Source of the DNA: Mytilus edulis
Taxonomy: Eukaryota
Length of the DNA stretch: 64,000 bases
Assembly (NCBI RefSeq): GCF_963676685.1
Contig: NC_092346.1
Span: forward strand, 2,232,001 to 2,296,000
Direction: 5' to 3'
This document shows positions 36,305 to 60,814 of the stretch, one piece after another. The notes beneath the pieces were generated by a model, which saw nothing but the letters and a program-made list of their open reading frames with translations, was not told the DNA's origin and did no database searches. The translations under genes were made by a program, and so were the position numbers. The first letter of the stretch is position 1, and every line of letters begins with the position of its first letter.

Positions 36305-39300
36305 ATGGTTCGGTTCAAAAACAGGTTCATATACATTAAGTGAAAGTGATTAAGCAATTTTCAGAAGGGGGACCCAGGTTAAAAAGTTGTGTGTGAATGT
36401 GTTCTAAATATATGTGCCCATTCAAATGCATTTATCATCCAAAAAAGGGGGGTCCAACCCCTGCCCCCCCCCTTTTTGGATGCGCCCTAGTCCAAATAAT
36501 TATGACGTCTGGCAAGTCTTTTCCTGGGACGCCTGCCTATGACGGTCCTAGGAAGGGATCCCAGAAAAAATTTAAATAGCCTCGCCAATTTTTATAATTA
36601 TTTGGACTAGATGCATCAATTCTTCTATACAGTTGACATGACAATTAATTTGAGGGTACAAATGAATTTTGCCTTTAGATGCCTAATGTTCATTTTCAGC
36701 TACCTTTAGGAGGGTAGTAATGCCTTTTACCATCAGGCCTCAAACGGTCATTTGCGAAAACCATGACAACCGTTAGCATCAAATTGGTTAAAATCTTACT
36801 GGGATTCGTCAAAATCTTAAAGTGATTCGTCAAAATCTTAAAGTGATTCGTCAAAATCTTAAAGTGATTCATCAAAATATCTATATTGTGATTCGTCAGA
36901 GGTCTCAAATAATTATCGTTAACATCATTTTTGGAAAAAAGATAACGAGATGCTTCAAAATCAGTCTATTTTTTTTTATCCTGGAAAAGAAAGTGTACAC
37001 TTTATCGTCAATGCAACAAAAATTATGTAAGAATTTTTACTGTTATTCATCATGAAGGTACCCCATTACTACCCTTCTTTAGCACTGCAACTATTACAAC
37101 TGTTCCAAATAAAACAAGAAAAGAAAGAAGTCAACATTATAAACATGCATGCATGGTGATGTACAACTGTACAATGTATAATGATCAGTGTCAAACTGTA
37201 TTTATAGATTATGGTTTAGATGACAAACGTTCACTGTACCAGCTCAAGCGAGAAAATGCGATAGAGTTGGGATGACCAATGATGATCTGTTCATAGCTAT
37301 TTTACCAACAATGTTGTCAATTTCATTGACGATGGCACATGCAACCATAGTTTTTAGCAATAATTATTCATATCACTGTACTGTTCCGAGAAAGGAAATT
37401 ATCAGTCACAAAGATCAAAAGAAAGTTTTGTAAAGTAGCAATAAATACATACAACCATTTTTCACAACAATTTAAGTGTTAAGCTAGTACTGAGAAACCA
37501 ATTTTGTTTCTCGCAGAAATTTATGAAGTCTATGTATAGTATTTAGATTTTAGAAAAAGTTGAAAAATACAGAGGTCACTTAAAAAAATTACTAATGCAT
37601 AATGTATATATATTTATATCTAGCCAAAAAAAAAAACCAAAGGGATTAAAATTTTTAGGAAAAGTTTGAGATGTGAGTAGAAGGTATCCTTTCAACAGCT
37701 TAGGTTCTCTTGCATTGGACTATTACTAGTATATAGAAAAAAATGTAAAAAGAGGGTTCACCATTGTATTTGATCAAATTAACATATAATCCTGAACATG
37801 AACAACTTTCAAAACACATTCTTTATGATTCAATGAATTTTACTCTACTAAAAAAAAATTGATTTTACTTTAATTATATTTCAGATATTTAGTGTGTGAA
37901 GTTGTAACAGATGGCAGGAAACCAGAGTTTTCACAGATGGACTTTCTTCGTTGTTTGAAAGATACAGTATCAAAATATCATGGAGATTATGGCACAGGGT
38001 CTATTATGACTTCATTATTTGGTACATAAATGTTATTGTTTGTGTTTGCTGTTGGATTGCTGTCTCTTTGACCTTTACTCAACATATTTCAAAGTCATAC
38101 ATAAGAATTTCTGTATTCCAGTTGCATTTTCTCACTGCCATTTTCAAGTTTCCATTAAATCAGGAAAATGTATGAACAAACAAACTGATTCAGTTATTGG
38201 AATAAACTGTAATGAATATTTCAGTTCTTTGCTTTACTTGTGTAATTGCATTCTTCTCTAAATAAGTAATTGTAATTGTAATGTAAGGGATGTTAATTGA
38301 TTTTTTTACATATACATGAGGGTCTACACAATCCAATGTCAAACTGAATTGCTATCATTAACTGTTTAATAGCTGCTATTTACTAGTTCTTCATATATTT
38401 AGCAGTCTTTCAGCTGTTCTTAGCATTCAATCTAAAAGCAGCCAAAACTGCCTAATTTCACCATTTATTAGCAAGGCAGGGGTGTCTTTGTTTTTGTATT
38501 CTTTATTTTTTTTGCTCATTGTTCCATTCTCTGTAATTTTGGTCCTTTTATCTCTATTTGGATAAGGTACATATTTGTATCATTAAAACATGAATATTCA
38601 TTTATTTCAGTGAAATATTTTAACCCAGACACTGGGATCATTATCATACGAGTTAAACGTGGATGTCATCTGATGATCCAGTCAACTTTAACCTTTATGA
38701 CAAAGGTCAAAGATTGTGAAGTCATGTTACATACTGTTCACATAGGAGGTAAATATTTGTTAAAGTATATTGGAGTCTTTTTATTTGTGATAGAATTCCA
38801 TTTGAATTTGATTCCCCTATTTGCTTTGAACATGTCCGTCGCAAAGTGGTTAATAAATCCTTTATGTGACATGTGACGGTTGCCATGTAACCATATCATT
38901 TTGACTAACAATACAATCAACACCTTTATTAGTTAGTCCGTTGTTGTCGTTAGCTATAAAATGCAATCAGCTGATTATTGATTTTCTGTCAAAATCTTAA
39001 CGAGTTCAAGGTGAAGAGTTCAAGGTGAATTCCGAGTACTGTCTGATCAGGGAAAGTCAGAGAAACCCGAAAAAAGTAAATAAACAAGATGGATAAAAAT
39101 AAATTGTTATATATATTTCTTTCGCCAAATTCTTTCACAAATGACAAATTTTAATCGACACAATTATTATTTTTTAGCAAATTGTGAAAATGTTGACGGC
39201 CAGCTGCAACCCTGTACCCTAATATATAACTACCAGTACATTAAATATGAATCAGGCTGTCTGTGAGAGACATAACTACAGAAAACTTCTTTTCATCATA

Positions 39301-40637
39301 TCTTTGTAACTTTCGACAGTCCATTATTTCATTCACAATTTGTAACCCCATAATCAAAATGTGACAAACAACAGACATATGGAAAATATTGAATACCTTT
39401 TACATGATATAGAAGAAGACATATGAGACAGCAACCCAAACAAATATCCAAACAAAATCTAGAGATCAAAATACAGTCATAAACAATATTTCATTTAATG
39501 GTGTCCAGACAATAGTGAAAAGTTTGCCTAAAAATGGCGTTTATTAGACTTGTTGTGCCATAGGCAATCTTGAACAATTAATTTAAGTATAATACTGAGT
39601 TGCTTAAAACATTTGGCAACTGGATACCCTTTTATCCAATGGTATATTTGGTCGATACATGTAGTACTATGTTTAAACTATTGGCAAACTTATTTGTGAT
39701 AACAAATTACTGGCAACCAAGTCCTGAACAATCAAAATGTGTTTTTTCTTCATGATAATTAAATACAAGGGTAATTTGACTTCAAAGTACCTGAAGGAAT
39801 TGTTTAATGATATTATATTTTTCTTGGTTTTTTTCCAGGTACGCTGAAGTCATGCCAGAAATTTCTGATCAGATATCATCAAAAACAACTAGCTACATCA
39901 CTGAAACAATGTAAAACTAAAGGTTAGATAAACTATAATTGGGGATATTTTGTAAAATTGAAAATGGAAATGGATAAAGGGACAACAACCCGACCAAAGA
40001 GCAGAAACAGTTTAAGGCCACTAATGTGTATTGCTTATGATATTGTATCAATTATTTTCAGTGATTGACTTTTGTCAAATTAATAATAATGTTGATTAGA
40101 GAATTTGGTGATCTTTGTTAAATTTATTCCTAACTTTTTTACTCTTTGAGATGACCTATGGTACGGTAAAGACATCTGTACATTGTTGAAGAATTGCATT
40201 AATTACATCCCGAGGTCTTTTAGGTTCTTGTACATGTGTCACGTTTGCTGTCTCATTGATGAATACCCAAAAACTTTTTTTATTGATAGTTACTCAAAAG
40301 AGACTAAATTTGCAATATATATGCTTAGGTTTTACTTTCTGTTATTTGATCTACAAATAGTCTGATAGTGTTCATTTGATTTTTTCCAAAATGTGACACA
40401 GATTCCAAAACATAGAGATAAGGTGTGTTTTAGTTACCAAATGAGAGAGTAAAATGGAGCATTCAGCTCAGATCTATCTAAGGAATTTTTATTTCAACCA
40501 GATTATTTTCAGTATTTTACTTTTTCTTTTCAGAAGAGAAAACTGTTGTAGGAAAAGCTGTCAAAAGAAGTGATGCAATTGTAAAAGCCAGTAATCTGAA
40601 AAAGCTAGAGCTGAATATTTTGTCAGATGTAACTTGA
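36305..40637 (+). CDS. POP5: Ribonuclease P/MRP protein subunit POP5, 5 exons
   Basis: Exons 36305-36324, 37885-38021, 38611-38748, 39839-39922, 40534-40637. Translation MVRFKNRYLVCEV...YHGDYGTG...VKYFNPDTGIIIIRVKR...TVHIGGTLKSCQKFLI matches POP5 hallmark motifs. Phases are consistent. Confidence 0.93.
36488..36609. mobile_element. Mini-MITE with TAG termini
   Basis: TAGTCCAAATAATTAT and ATAATTATTTGGACTA. Flanks GATGCGCCC / GATGCATCA could be a decayed 9-bp TSD. Confidence 0.6.
36709..37077. mobile_element. MITE with internal 21-bp tandem repeats
   Basis: TIRs GGAGGGTAGTAATG and CATTACTACCCTTC, TTTA on both flanks. GATTCGTCAAAATCTTAAAGT occurs 3-4 times at ~36800-36900. Confidence 0.65.
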
Positions 40638-40842
40638 TATTAATTTGAAAGTCAAAGACATAAGAAAAGTATGAAGATGTTAACCATTGAATAATAAAAT
40701 GTCCAATTAAAATGCGATGCTTGAACCAGAAAATATCATCGACTCTTTGGTGACAGTACTCAACTCAGACGTTATTGTTCAATATGCATATGAAGACATG
40801 TTAAAAATATTGAATCGTGTTAAGTTAATAAAAGTCAATAAT

Positions 40843-40960
40843 CTGTTTGTTTGTTTGTTTGTTTGTTTATTGATATAAATGCCCCTATCATCACTCTTTT
40901 CCATAAGAGTTTTTGTTGGTGGTGGAAAAACAGTGTACCTGGAGAGAACCATTGACTCTA
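40843..40960 (-). mobile_element. SINE relic (V-SINE-like core) with (AAAC)n tail
   Basis: A (GTTT)n run is followed by GGTGGAAAAACAGTGTACCTGGAGAGAACC, a degenerate reverse complement of the GGTTTTCTCCGGGTACTCCGGTTTCCTCC core. Confidence 0.4.
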
Positions 40961-43055
40961 ATCAATGATATAACTTATAAATATTGATGAAACCTGACTG
41001 TAAAACATTGCTGTTGGATAGGCTTAAAGAATTATAATCAAGGTCTTACATACTTTAAAATTGCAATATGTGTAATATAGTATATAGTATAATATGTATG
41101 TCAATCAATATGTGACACAATAATAAAATAGATTATTATTATTTTTATTGTACATAGTCTCTTATTGGTGCAACTTCTCCATTATAGCTGGACAGGGTGT
41201 TCAAATTTTTCATTGTAAGGAATAAAATCCTCATCTGACATGCCCAAGGGGAGATAATTGATTTTTGGAGGTAGGTGGTTTCCCTTTGTGAGTTATCTTA
41301 CAGTTTTAGTTTAACTATGTCAAGTGATTAACATTTACTTTAAATGATGTAGTTAACTACTTTTTCTTTTTTTCACTCATTAAAATAAATATAACCAAAG
41401 AGCAGACTGCTCTGCAGGATATGATTGCCATTGTTTTCATTGACACATGTATACATGTAGCTGGAATCCAAAATAATATTATCCAGCTGCTGGATAATAT
41501 TATTTTTAAAACTAATTCAACTGCACATGTAAAATGTAATTTACGTAATCTGATAGTTACAAAATAGCCAATCCCGGAAACAAGTGTATGAACAATGTAA
41601 TTATTGTGTTTTATTTTTGTACTACCAATTCCAAGTTTACTTTCCACAGCAGTCACTGAAACTCAGAGTGAGAGAAGGTATTTCACTTCGTATCTTATCA
41701 CCTATTTTCCTACGTTAATTCTAGGAGGAACCCCATTCCTAACTCTTTAAATATTTAATTTCCTTTGGGTCAGTGGTCATGACTCCTTTCTGTAAACATT
41801 CCTCGGTTTAAATTGCGATCATTTTTAATATAATGCGGCGTTTATCAACAGAAAGAGTTAATTTTTCTCTATGTGTTGTACTGTATTTTGATTCAGAATT
41901 CACAGAAGTTACTTCCGGAAGGGAGACAACTCGAAACGATAATATGGAAGACTCCATTTCGCCTGAAGGGGTGTTGTAGTTACACCTTTATGATGTGGAC
42001 TACATTTATTTTAATTTAAATGATGCATATGATTTAAAATTATGCAACAACAATAACCCTCAATAGCAGACATACATAGAAAGGATCACATGAGTTTTAA
42101 ATTAATCAATATTGTGGGGAATCCAGAGCAGCCATTCAATTTAATACCCCTTGAAGTCAAGAAAACCATACGCATGCGCATAATTACCTAAACAAACCCT
42201 GAAGCAAGAACGTATATTAAAATACCTAGATGGTTCTCTATTTCTTTATGGAAGTACAATATTAAATATCAGTTTCATAATGGTGACATATAAGAAAAAC
42301 TCCACTTCAGTTCTTATATGACAGAAATAGATTTATCAGAATTCAGAGAACTCTCGCATTTTTATCAAAACTGGGGAATTCCTTCTGACGTGTTTCTAAA
42401 TTTATAATAACACTAAATATAAATACTGCTTAATTCTGATTTTCCGTGTTGTTAAAAACACGCATATAAGTCCAGGGAAATATCAAACATGAAGATTATG
42501 AAAAGAACATTATAGGAAAGTTTTCCCTTTGTTTGTTTTTACCTTTTAAAGCAAGACAATCATAAGAATCTGAGATGTTCCTTAATGTTTAGAATAAAAT
42601 GGTTGAAGTGAGGGCATGGCCCTGAGCCAATGGTATAAGTCTACAGATTGCTTGAAAGCAATCGTATCGCAAAAAACATCTTGATACCAGATTTCTGTTT
42701 TTTATTCAATAATTCTATACATGTACAACTAATCTTATAGTAACACTGTTCCAGGACAAATGTTAGTGTTGTGTATATTTCAATAGTGTATCAAAACAAT
42801 TCAACAGTTATAGAAAGAAATCAGTGAAAAACTAATGACTATCATATATAATAAAACCTCACAATGGCCCTTTTGAAATTTGTCAAATGAGCCAAAGACA
42901 AAGTAAAAAGAAAAGTAAAAGTAAAACTATTTTTGTTTTCCCAGTTCTGTAATTATCTTTAAGGTCAATTTTGGTTCTGTAAATCTTCAAAAATAACTAA
43001 TTTCAAAGGCAAATGGAATGTCCAAAAGAAACCTGAGCAAATACGCACCAAAATA

Positions 43056-43238
43056 CTGTAAATTCAGAAATTATTGCGATATTTTTATTATTGAGAAAAA
43101 TGCGATAGGGTTGTTATCCCAATAATTTAACTTGCATTTTGAATTTTTTAATATGAATAAAACAGGATTTTTCTCAATACCGCAAAAATTAAAATCGCAT
43201 TTTTGACTTAAATGACGCAATAATTTCTGAATTTACAG
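43056..43238. mobile_element. TA-target MITE (Tc1/mariner-like)
   Basis: Perfect 23-bp TIRs CTGTAAATTCAGAAATTATTGCG and CGCAATAATTTCTGAATTTACAG with TA flanks. Confidence 0.85.
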
Positions 43239-44252
43239 TAATTGTTTACAGATAAATAAAATGAAAAGATACTGATTATATTTTTTAACAACTGATTATA
43301 TTTTTTAACAACTGACTTTTATCTTTATCAATATAGGTACTGTAAATTAATTTTTAATGCTGTTTACTTTGTACATACTATTCATTCTGATATTTTTGCC
43401 ATTTAAGTTATTTGTTCAGCAATGACAATAATAAATGCACACAACTTCTAAAACAATTTACTGCACCAAATAATAGTGATGATACACATTTTACAATCTC
43501 GCACCATTTTTAAAAAAGTGCTCAGATAAAATTATTTTATTTTATTCAGAATTTTTGAAGCACAAGATATTTGCAACATATATTTAATTAACCCTTTCCT
43601 CCATGGACATTTTTTTTTACACACTTGATTTCGCATAGGAATTTTTCATTAAAAAAAATCATCAGGTTTAAAGTATTAATGCATTGCGAAAATGAATATT
43701 TCATCAATGAAATTCCAGTCAAGATATTCTCATGAATATCCTTTTCATATTTGATACAAATTTTGTTAAGTCTAAAACAGACCTTTCAAGGTCAAAGCAT
43801 TTCAACTGAGGTACTACACAGGCGTAAAAAGGCGTCATTATGGAGTAAAGGGTTAAACAAACAAAAACTCATTAAACATACATATGTTATTAAGGCAATT
43901 GTTTATAGAGATACAAATTATATTCTGACAGTGACAATTGAAAATACATTAATATTTGACTGCAAAAATATACATGTAGTTCTACAAAACCAGTAAATGC
44001 AAATATATCCCTATTCATTCCATCAATTGCATATTTCTTTCGATTTAGTTAAAGTTATAAAAATGGCAGTACATAAAATGCTTAATTAAATGTTATTACT
44101 GCAATGAGAGAATGTAAATTACTAAAAAGAATTCAATACATTTAACAAAGCAAGTATTAAACAGGGTAATACAATGGGATTTTCTCTCAAAGAATTCATT
44201 AGCATATGTAAAATAATGGAATGTTTGTTGAAATAATATTATAGTTACAAAT

Positions 44253-45633
44253 AACAAGAGGCTCTCAAGAGCCTGAATCGCTCACCTGAATTTTTTTGGT
44301 TTAATCTCATATCAATGATTATTTTGGCTTTTCAATTTATTTAAATGTTCTTTGAATCGTCCTATTTTCTTCAAAAGCAAAAAAAAAATCATTTTCTCCT
44401 ATGTTCTATTTTAGCCATAGGAGCTATGTTTCTTGACATACAAGGAAATGAAATATAAAATTTATACTAGATACTCTGAGACTCTAAAACTCATTTAGCC
44501 TAAGTTTGGCTGAAATTGATACAGCAGTTTCAAAGGAGAAGATTTTTTAAAGTAAGTCAACATGATGAACAAATTGTGAAAAAAGTCTTTAAAGGGCAAT
44601 AACTCCTTAAGAGGTCAATTGACAATTTTGGTCAAATTGACTTATTTGTAGATCTTACTTTGCTTAACATTTTGCTATTAACAGTTTATCTGTATCTATA
44701 ATAATATCCAAGATAATGACCAAAAACTGCAAAATTTCCTTAAAATTACCAATTAAGTGGCAGCAACCAAACAATGGTTTGTTTGATTCATCTGAAAATT
44801 TCAGGGCTGATAGATCTTCACCTAATGAACATTTTTACCTCTGTCAGATTTGCTCTAAATGCTTTCGTTTTTGAGATATAAGCCAAAAACTGCATTTGAC
44901 CCCTATGTTCTATTTTAAGTAACGGCGGCCATGTTTTTTGACGGATCAAAAATCGAAGCACACACTTTGTGCAGGATAATCTAAGGAACAATCATGCTAA
45001 GTTTCATCCAAATCCATTCAGCAGTTTCAGAGAAGAAGATTTTTTAAAGTTAGCAAATATGATGAACAAATTGTGAAAAATTGTCATTAAAGGACAATAA
45101 CCCCTTAAGGGGTCAATTGACAATTTTGGTCATATTAACTTATTTGCAGATCTTACTTTGCTGATCATTTTTGCTGTTTACAGTTTATCTTTATCTATAA
45201 TAATATTCAAGATAATGACCAAAAACTGCAAAATTTCCTTAAAATTACCAATTAAGTGGCAGCAACCCAACAATGGTTTGTTTGATTCATCTGAAAATTT
45301 CAGGGCTGATAGATCTTGACCTAATGAACATTTTTACCCCATGTCAGATTTGCTCTAAATGCTTTCGTTTTTGAGATATAAGCCAAAAACTGCATTTGAC
45401 CCCTATGTTCTATTTTAAGTAACGGCGGCCATGTTTTTTGACGGATCAAAAATCGAAGCACACACTTTGTGCAGGATACTCTAAGGAACAATCATGCTAA
45501 GTTTCATTCAAATCCATCCAGTAGTTTCAGAGGAGAAGATGTTTGAAAAATTGTTAACGACGACAGACGACGACGACGGACGCCAAGTGATGAGAAAAGC
45601 TCACATGGCCTTTTAGGCCAGGTGAGCTAAAAA
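44253..45633. mobile_element. HINE/pearl-like element, same family as 25826-27739, ~2 internal ~500-bp repeats
   Basis: Identical start AACAAGAGGCTCTCAAGAGCCTGAATCGCTCACCT. GAC microsatellite, hairpin TGGCC-TTTTA-GGCCA, end AGGTGAGCTAAAAA. Confidence 0.85.
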
Positions 45634-45713
45634 ATAAAGATACATGTATATCTTAACAATAACAAAGTCAGAATATAAGGTTACTGACTGCACATAGTTC
45701 TTGAAAACAAAAT

Positions 45714-46778
45714 AAACAGCTGCGCCATGAGCGCATGATACGCCCGACGTCTTGTGTGGAAGTTTTATGCAATAATCATAAATAGTTTCTGAGGAAGTTT
45801 TAAGCAATAACCATTTATTGTTTTTGAGACATGGCGGGACATGTGAAACCCCCCCCCCCCCCCACCCTGTTTTTTTTTTTACAAATATCACTAAAATAAA
45901 ATTTCGAATCAAACCAAAAAGTATACAGATCTTTAAATTAGTATAACAAAGAAGTGTGTACAGTTTCAAGCAATAATCATAAATTGTTTTTGAGATACGG
46001 CGCGACATGTAAAAAAAAAACCTCCCCTTTTTTACAAAATACTCAATAACTCAAAAATAAAATTTTGAGTCATCACCAAAAAGTATACAGATCTTTAAAT
46101 TAATATAACAAAGAAGTGTGTAAAGTTTTAAGCAATAATCATAAATCGTTTTTGAGATACGGCACGACATGTAAAAAACCCCTCCCCCTTTTTTACAAAA
46201 TACTCAATAACTCAAAAATGAAATTTTGAATCATCACCAAAAAGTATACAGATCTTTAGATTAATATAACAAAGAAGTGTGTAAAGTTTTAAGCAATAAT
46301 CATAAATCGTTTTTGAGATACAGCGCGACATGTAAAAAAAACCTCCCCCTTTTTTACAAAATACTCAAAAACTCAAAAATGAAATTTTGAATCATCACCA
46401 AAAAGTATACAGATATTAAGATTAATATAACTAAGAAGTGTGTAAAGTTTTAAGCAATAATCAAGAAACGTTTTTGAGATACGGTGCGACATGTGAAAAA
46501 AAACACACCCCTGTTTTAGTTACAAAGTGCCGTAACTCAAAAAGTTTAAATCTTATTTTCACCAAAAAGTATACAGATCATTTGACCATCATAAGAAACA
46601 ACTATATTAAGTTTCATGAAATTTGGATAAGTCGTTCTCAAGTTACGGTGCGACATGTTTACGCCGGACAGACGGACAGACGGACGGACGGACGGACAGA
46701 CGGACGGACAGACGGACGGACACCGGACATTTGTATACCATAATACGTCCCGTCAAAATTTTGACGGGCGTATAAAAA
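45714..46778. mobile_element. HINE/pearl-like element with ~5 internal ~162-bp repeats
   Basis: Palindrome TGCGC-CATGA-GCGCA and subTIR ATACGCCCG / CGGGCGTAT. AAAGTATACAGAT recurs every ~162 bp. (ACGG/ACAG)n microsatellite at ~46665-46725; hairpin CCCGTCAAAATTTTGACGGG. Confidence 0.85.
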
Positions 46779-47636
46779 TGCATCACAATTTCAAGCTCTC
46801 CTACAATTGCATAGTCTATTGATTTCTTATTTGTATGTGGTGCCTAGCCATTTTGAAGAATCCAATATTAATTATATTTTCCATGAAATTTGCTTCATAA
46901 CTAATAGTCATATTTATAGGTAATTTCGAGAAGAAAATTATTTTCTAAATTATTATAACTACGGTAGCTCTAGCCCAAGTTCCTACCAGATGACTTTGAA
47001 AGATTGTTACTGTTAAAAATTACACCTTGATTAAATTGTTTTCTTTTTTTAATGACTACTATAAAGATCGTACAAAAGTTAAGTAAGATGATGAAATAAA
47101 GTTTAATATAATAAATAATACTGTTTTCCTTCCAATTGACAAACTTATGTTTGTAGCACTTATCTGATACATATGACACACTTGTAACCAAAGGTGGAGG
47201 AGGGGATCAGGCAAACCCCTCCTGAAAATTAAATAATATTATTAGAGCCTATCAAATTGAGATTCACATTGAAGTTCAATAATCCAAAGACGAGATTCAC
47301 ATTGAAATTTGTCTACAGTCAGAGCACCATTAGCCCCAAATAACCACACCCCTACTACCCTCTCCTCAGGGACACTATAGCTACAGGTAGTATAAAAATA
47401 GTCTTTAATTATGAAATTTTTACTTTACAAAAGTTCATGTCCAGGTAAATTTCATTTTCAATCAAATCATTAAAAGAACAAACATTATCTGTGAACACTG
47501 GTGGGTGAAAATAGTTTATAAAACAAATTAACATATTTTTTTATTTACATAATTCCTATATTCACATAGTATTTAATTGATGATTTGTTTTATCAAAATG
47601 TACAATCACCATGACAACTAGGCAAGAGTTATAAGT

Positions 47637-58325
<10,689 letters not shown>

Positions 58326-59648
58326 GCTGATTCAGACTGTCAACTTCTGAAAACTATTTTAAAAGCATGTGAAAAATAGTGTCAAGGACATATTTGTTGA
58401 CAAGCTCACTGATTGGTGTATTGTAGCACAGCCTTCTTTTCTAAATATATTTTTGGTTATACTATTCTTTTTCGCTAATTTAAACAAACATTTTCTAATT
58501 TGTGTTGTTATATTTAGTCACTAATCATCATGTACCCGTGTTACATCTTTCAAAATTTCTATTTCAATAAAAAATACAGCAGAGAAAATAAAATCCGCGA
58601 AAAGGGGAATAACTTTTTAACTTCCTCCTGGATCTTTCTTTGCATAAAGAAACAGGTATAAAAAAAATGGATAAAAAGAACTATTTACGTTGTAATCTAA
58701 TACATTGATAGTCAAAATTAATCAGATTTACAACATCGATAACTTCAACTTTAGGTTATTGTGGGAATGGCACACAAAAATTATATTTTTTATGAGATTG
58801 TAATTGAGTGCTCCCTAATATTTATACGTCGCCATGATACGGACTACGTCACGGGCACCTGTTTCCTGTAACGTGCATTCCAACTACTGAGAAAAGTCTT
58901 CAGAGCATGAATCTTTATAATTTGTTTATGGTGAATTCGTTGTGAACTATTTAAAAGAAAAATAAGTGGTTTTCTGTAAGTAAAATTACATGGAAATGTT
59001 CAACTGTATGCATGTTCAAATATTTGCGAAAAAAGTTTGGGTTTGATATAAAATCTAATTTTCATTTAACAATAAAACCCTTGTTGTACATATATGATTA
59101 AGATATTTTAACTGGATAGGTACAGTCCTGTCAGAAGGGACTAGTTCACATAAGGAATAAGTTTTCCTCAAATGGCTTTAATGTTAAAAGAATTCATTAA
59201 ATTCACATTTTTACACCTTAACTTAATAATATCAAGGATTTGTACTATACAAATCCTTAATAATATTACAAAGTTTTGTATTGCCTATTGGTAAATCATG
59301 GATTCTCAAGGAGCATAAACTCAAGATATAACAGCTTCAAGTCCTTTAAAATTCTTTATTACTAGTAAAAACACACAAAATACATATATATGTATAAAAA
59401 AACTGTCATATTGAACACTGTTTTTTATCGATTCTTACTTATTTGGGAGAATAATGTCCCGTTTGATAGATTGCCCAATCTGTTGAGTATCAATTTATAC
59501 TAAAGGTGTGTGCCTAAACCAAAACACTGGAAGCACATTTTGGAAACAAGTTGTTCACACATGTTGGATAATGCCATAAATGAGGGGTTATATCTCTACA
59601 ATGAATGACCATTGGAGGTATCCGCAGCTACATTTAGTTAAAAAAAAA

Positions 59649-60323
59649 TTGCAAGGGTTCCGTAGTCTTGCCTACTTTTGCTGTTAATCACAGGCTCAAC
59701 AAAAATGAGGAAAAAATTTAATAATGATTAATTCCTCTCAATACTATCTTTTGTTTGAAAGAAGCTTATTCTGTCCAAGTTTGGTAAAAATCCAGGATGG
59801 TTTACATGGTTTATGAATCTAATAAATGTTTCAAAAACTTTAACCGCAGACTGTATGTAATAATAACTGGAAGAAAAACCCAAGTCCATTTATAAGTTAA
59901 AAACTGAAAAAATGGATATTTAAAAAGTTATTTCGGGATACTATCTTATGATCATAAACAAGCTTCTGTCCAAGTTTAATAGAAATCCAGGATAGTTTAA
60001 AAAAGTTATCAAAATTTTTAGAAACTTTAACCACAGAGTGAATGTTATTTTTGGTCAGAAAAACTAAGTCCATTTACAATTAAATATGGAAAAAATGGAT
60101 TTTTTTTTATTTTACAAAATTTACTTCTGGATACTTATCTTATGATCATGAACAAGTGTCTGTTCAAGTTTGGTAGAAATCCAGGATACTTGTAGTTTAA
60201 GAAAGTTATTAAAATTTCAAAAACTTTAACGAGTGAATATTTGTGGCTTTGCCACTGGCGACAAGGACAGACTGTAGGATCGCTATGTCTCGCTTTTTCG
60301 ACAAAAGTCGAAGGCTGGACAAC
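59649..60323. mobile_element. Second copy of the 56423 HINE family
   Basis: Same start GCAAGGGTTCCGT..CCTACTTTTGCTGTTAATCAC, same internal repeat, end hairpin TTCGACAAAAGTCGAA. Confidence 0.75.
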
Positions 60324-60814
60324 TAGGTTTAACCCTTTATTTTCTTCGAAAATGACGATGTATGGTTTGAACATGTACAAACTCAAGTTTATAACATATG
60401 TTTTTCACTTGTTCCGGGATCGGTTGATAACAATTCATTTGCAGTTTTTCGTAACTAGCAAAATAATGACTAGTAAAAAGAAAATTACAATCATTTTTTT
60501 TTACAGTTTTGTTGATTAATTATATTGAAACCAAAATACCCCTAAAATTGTAAATTGATTTGGACTGATATTAAATGACTGTGGACTTTCAGGAAAAAAA
60601 CTCCAATTATATTTAGATTTCATAACACAAGACTAGTCAAGAATGTTAGTTTATAACAATAACAAAGAAAGTAAAAGGTAATATAGATGTTGTTAATTGA
60701 TTAAAGTAGATAGATTATTTAATTATTCCCTGGTGAGTTTATGTCACTAAGAGTTTGTTATTGAATATCCTATAGGTTTATCATCATTAGTTACAGAGTG
60801 ATGGTATTGTAATC

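Noticed and set aside
41650-42700. CpG-richer intergenic stretch that might be a transposon or promoter
   Set aside because: I could not define termini, a TSD or a coding frame.
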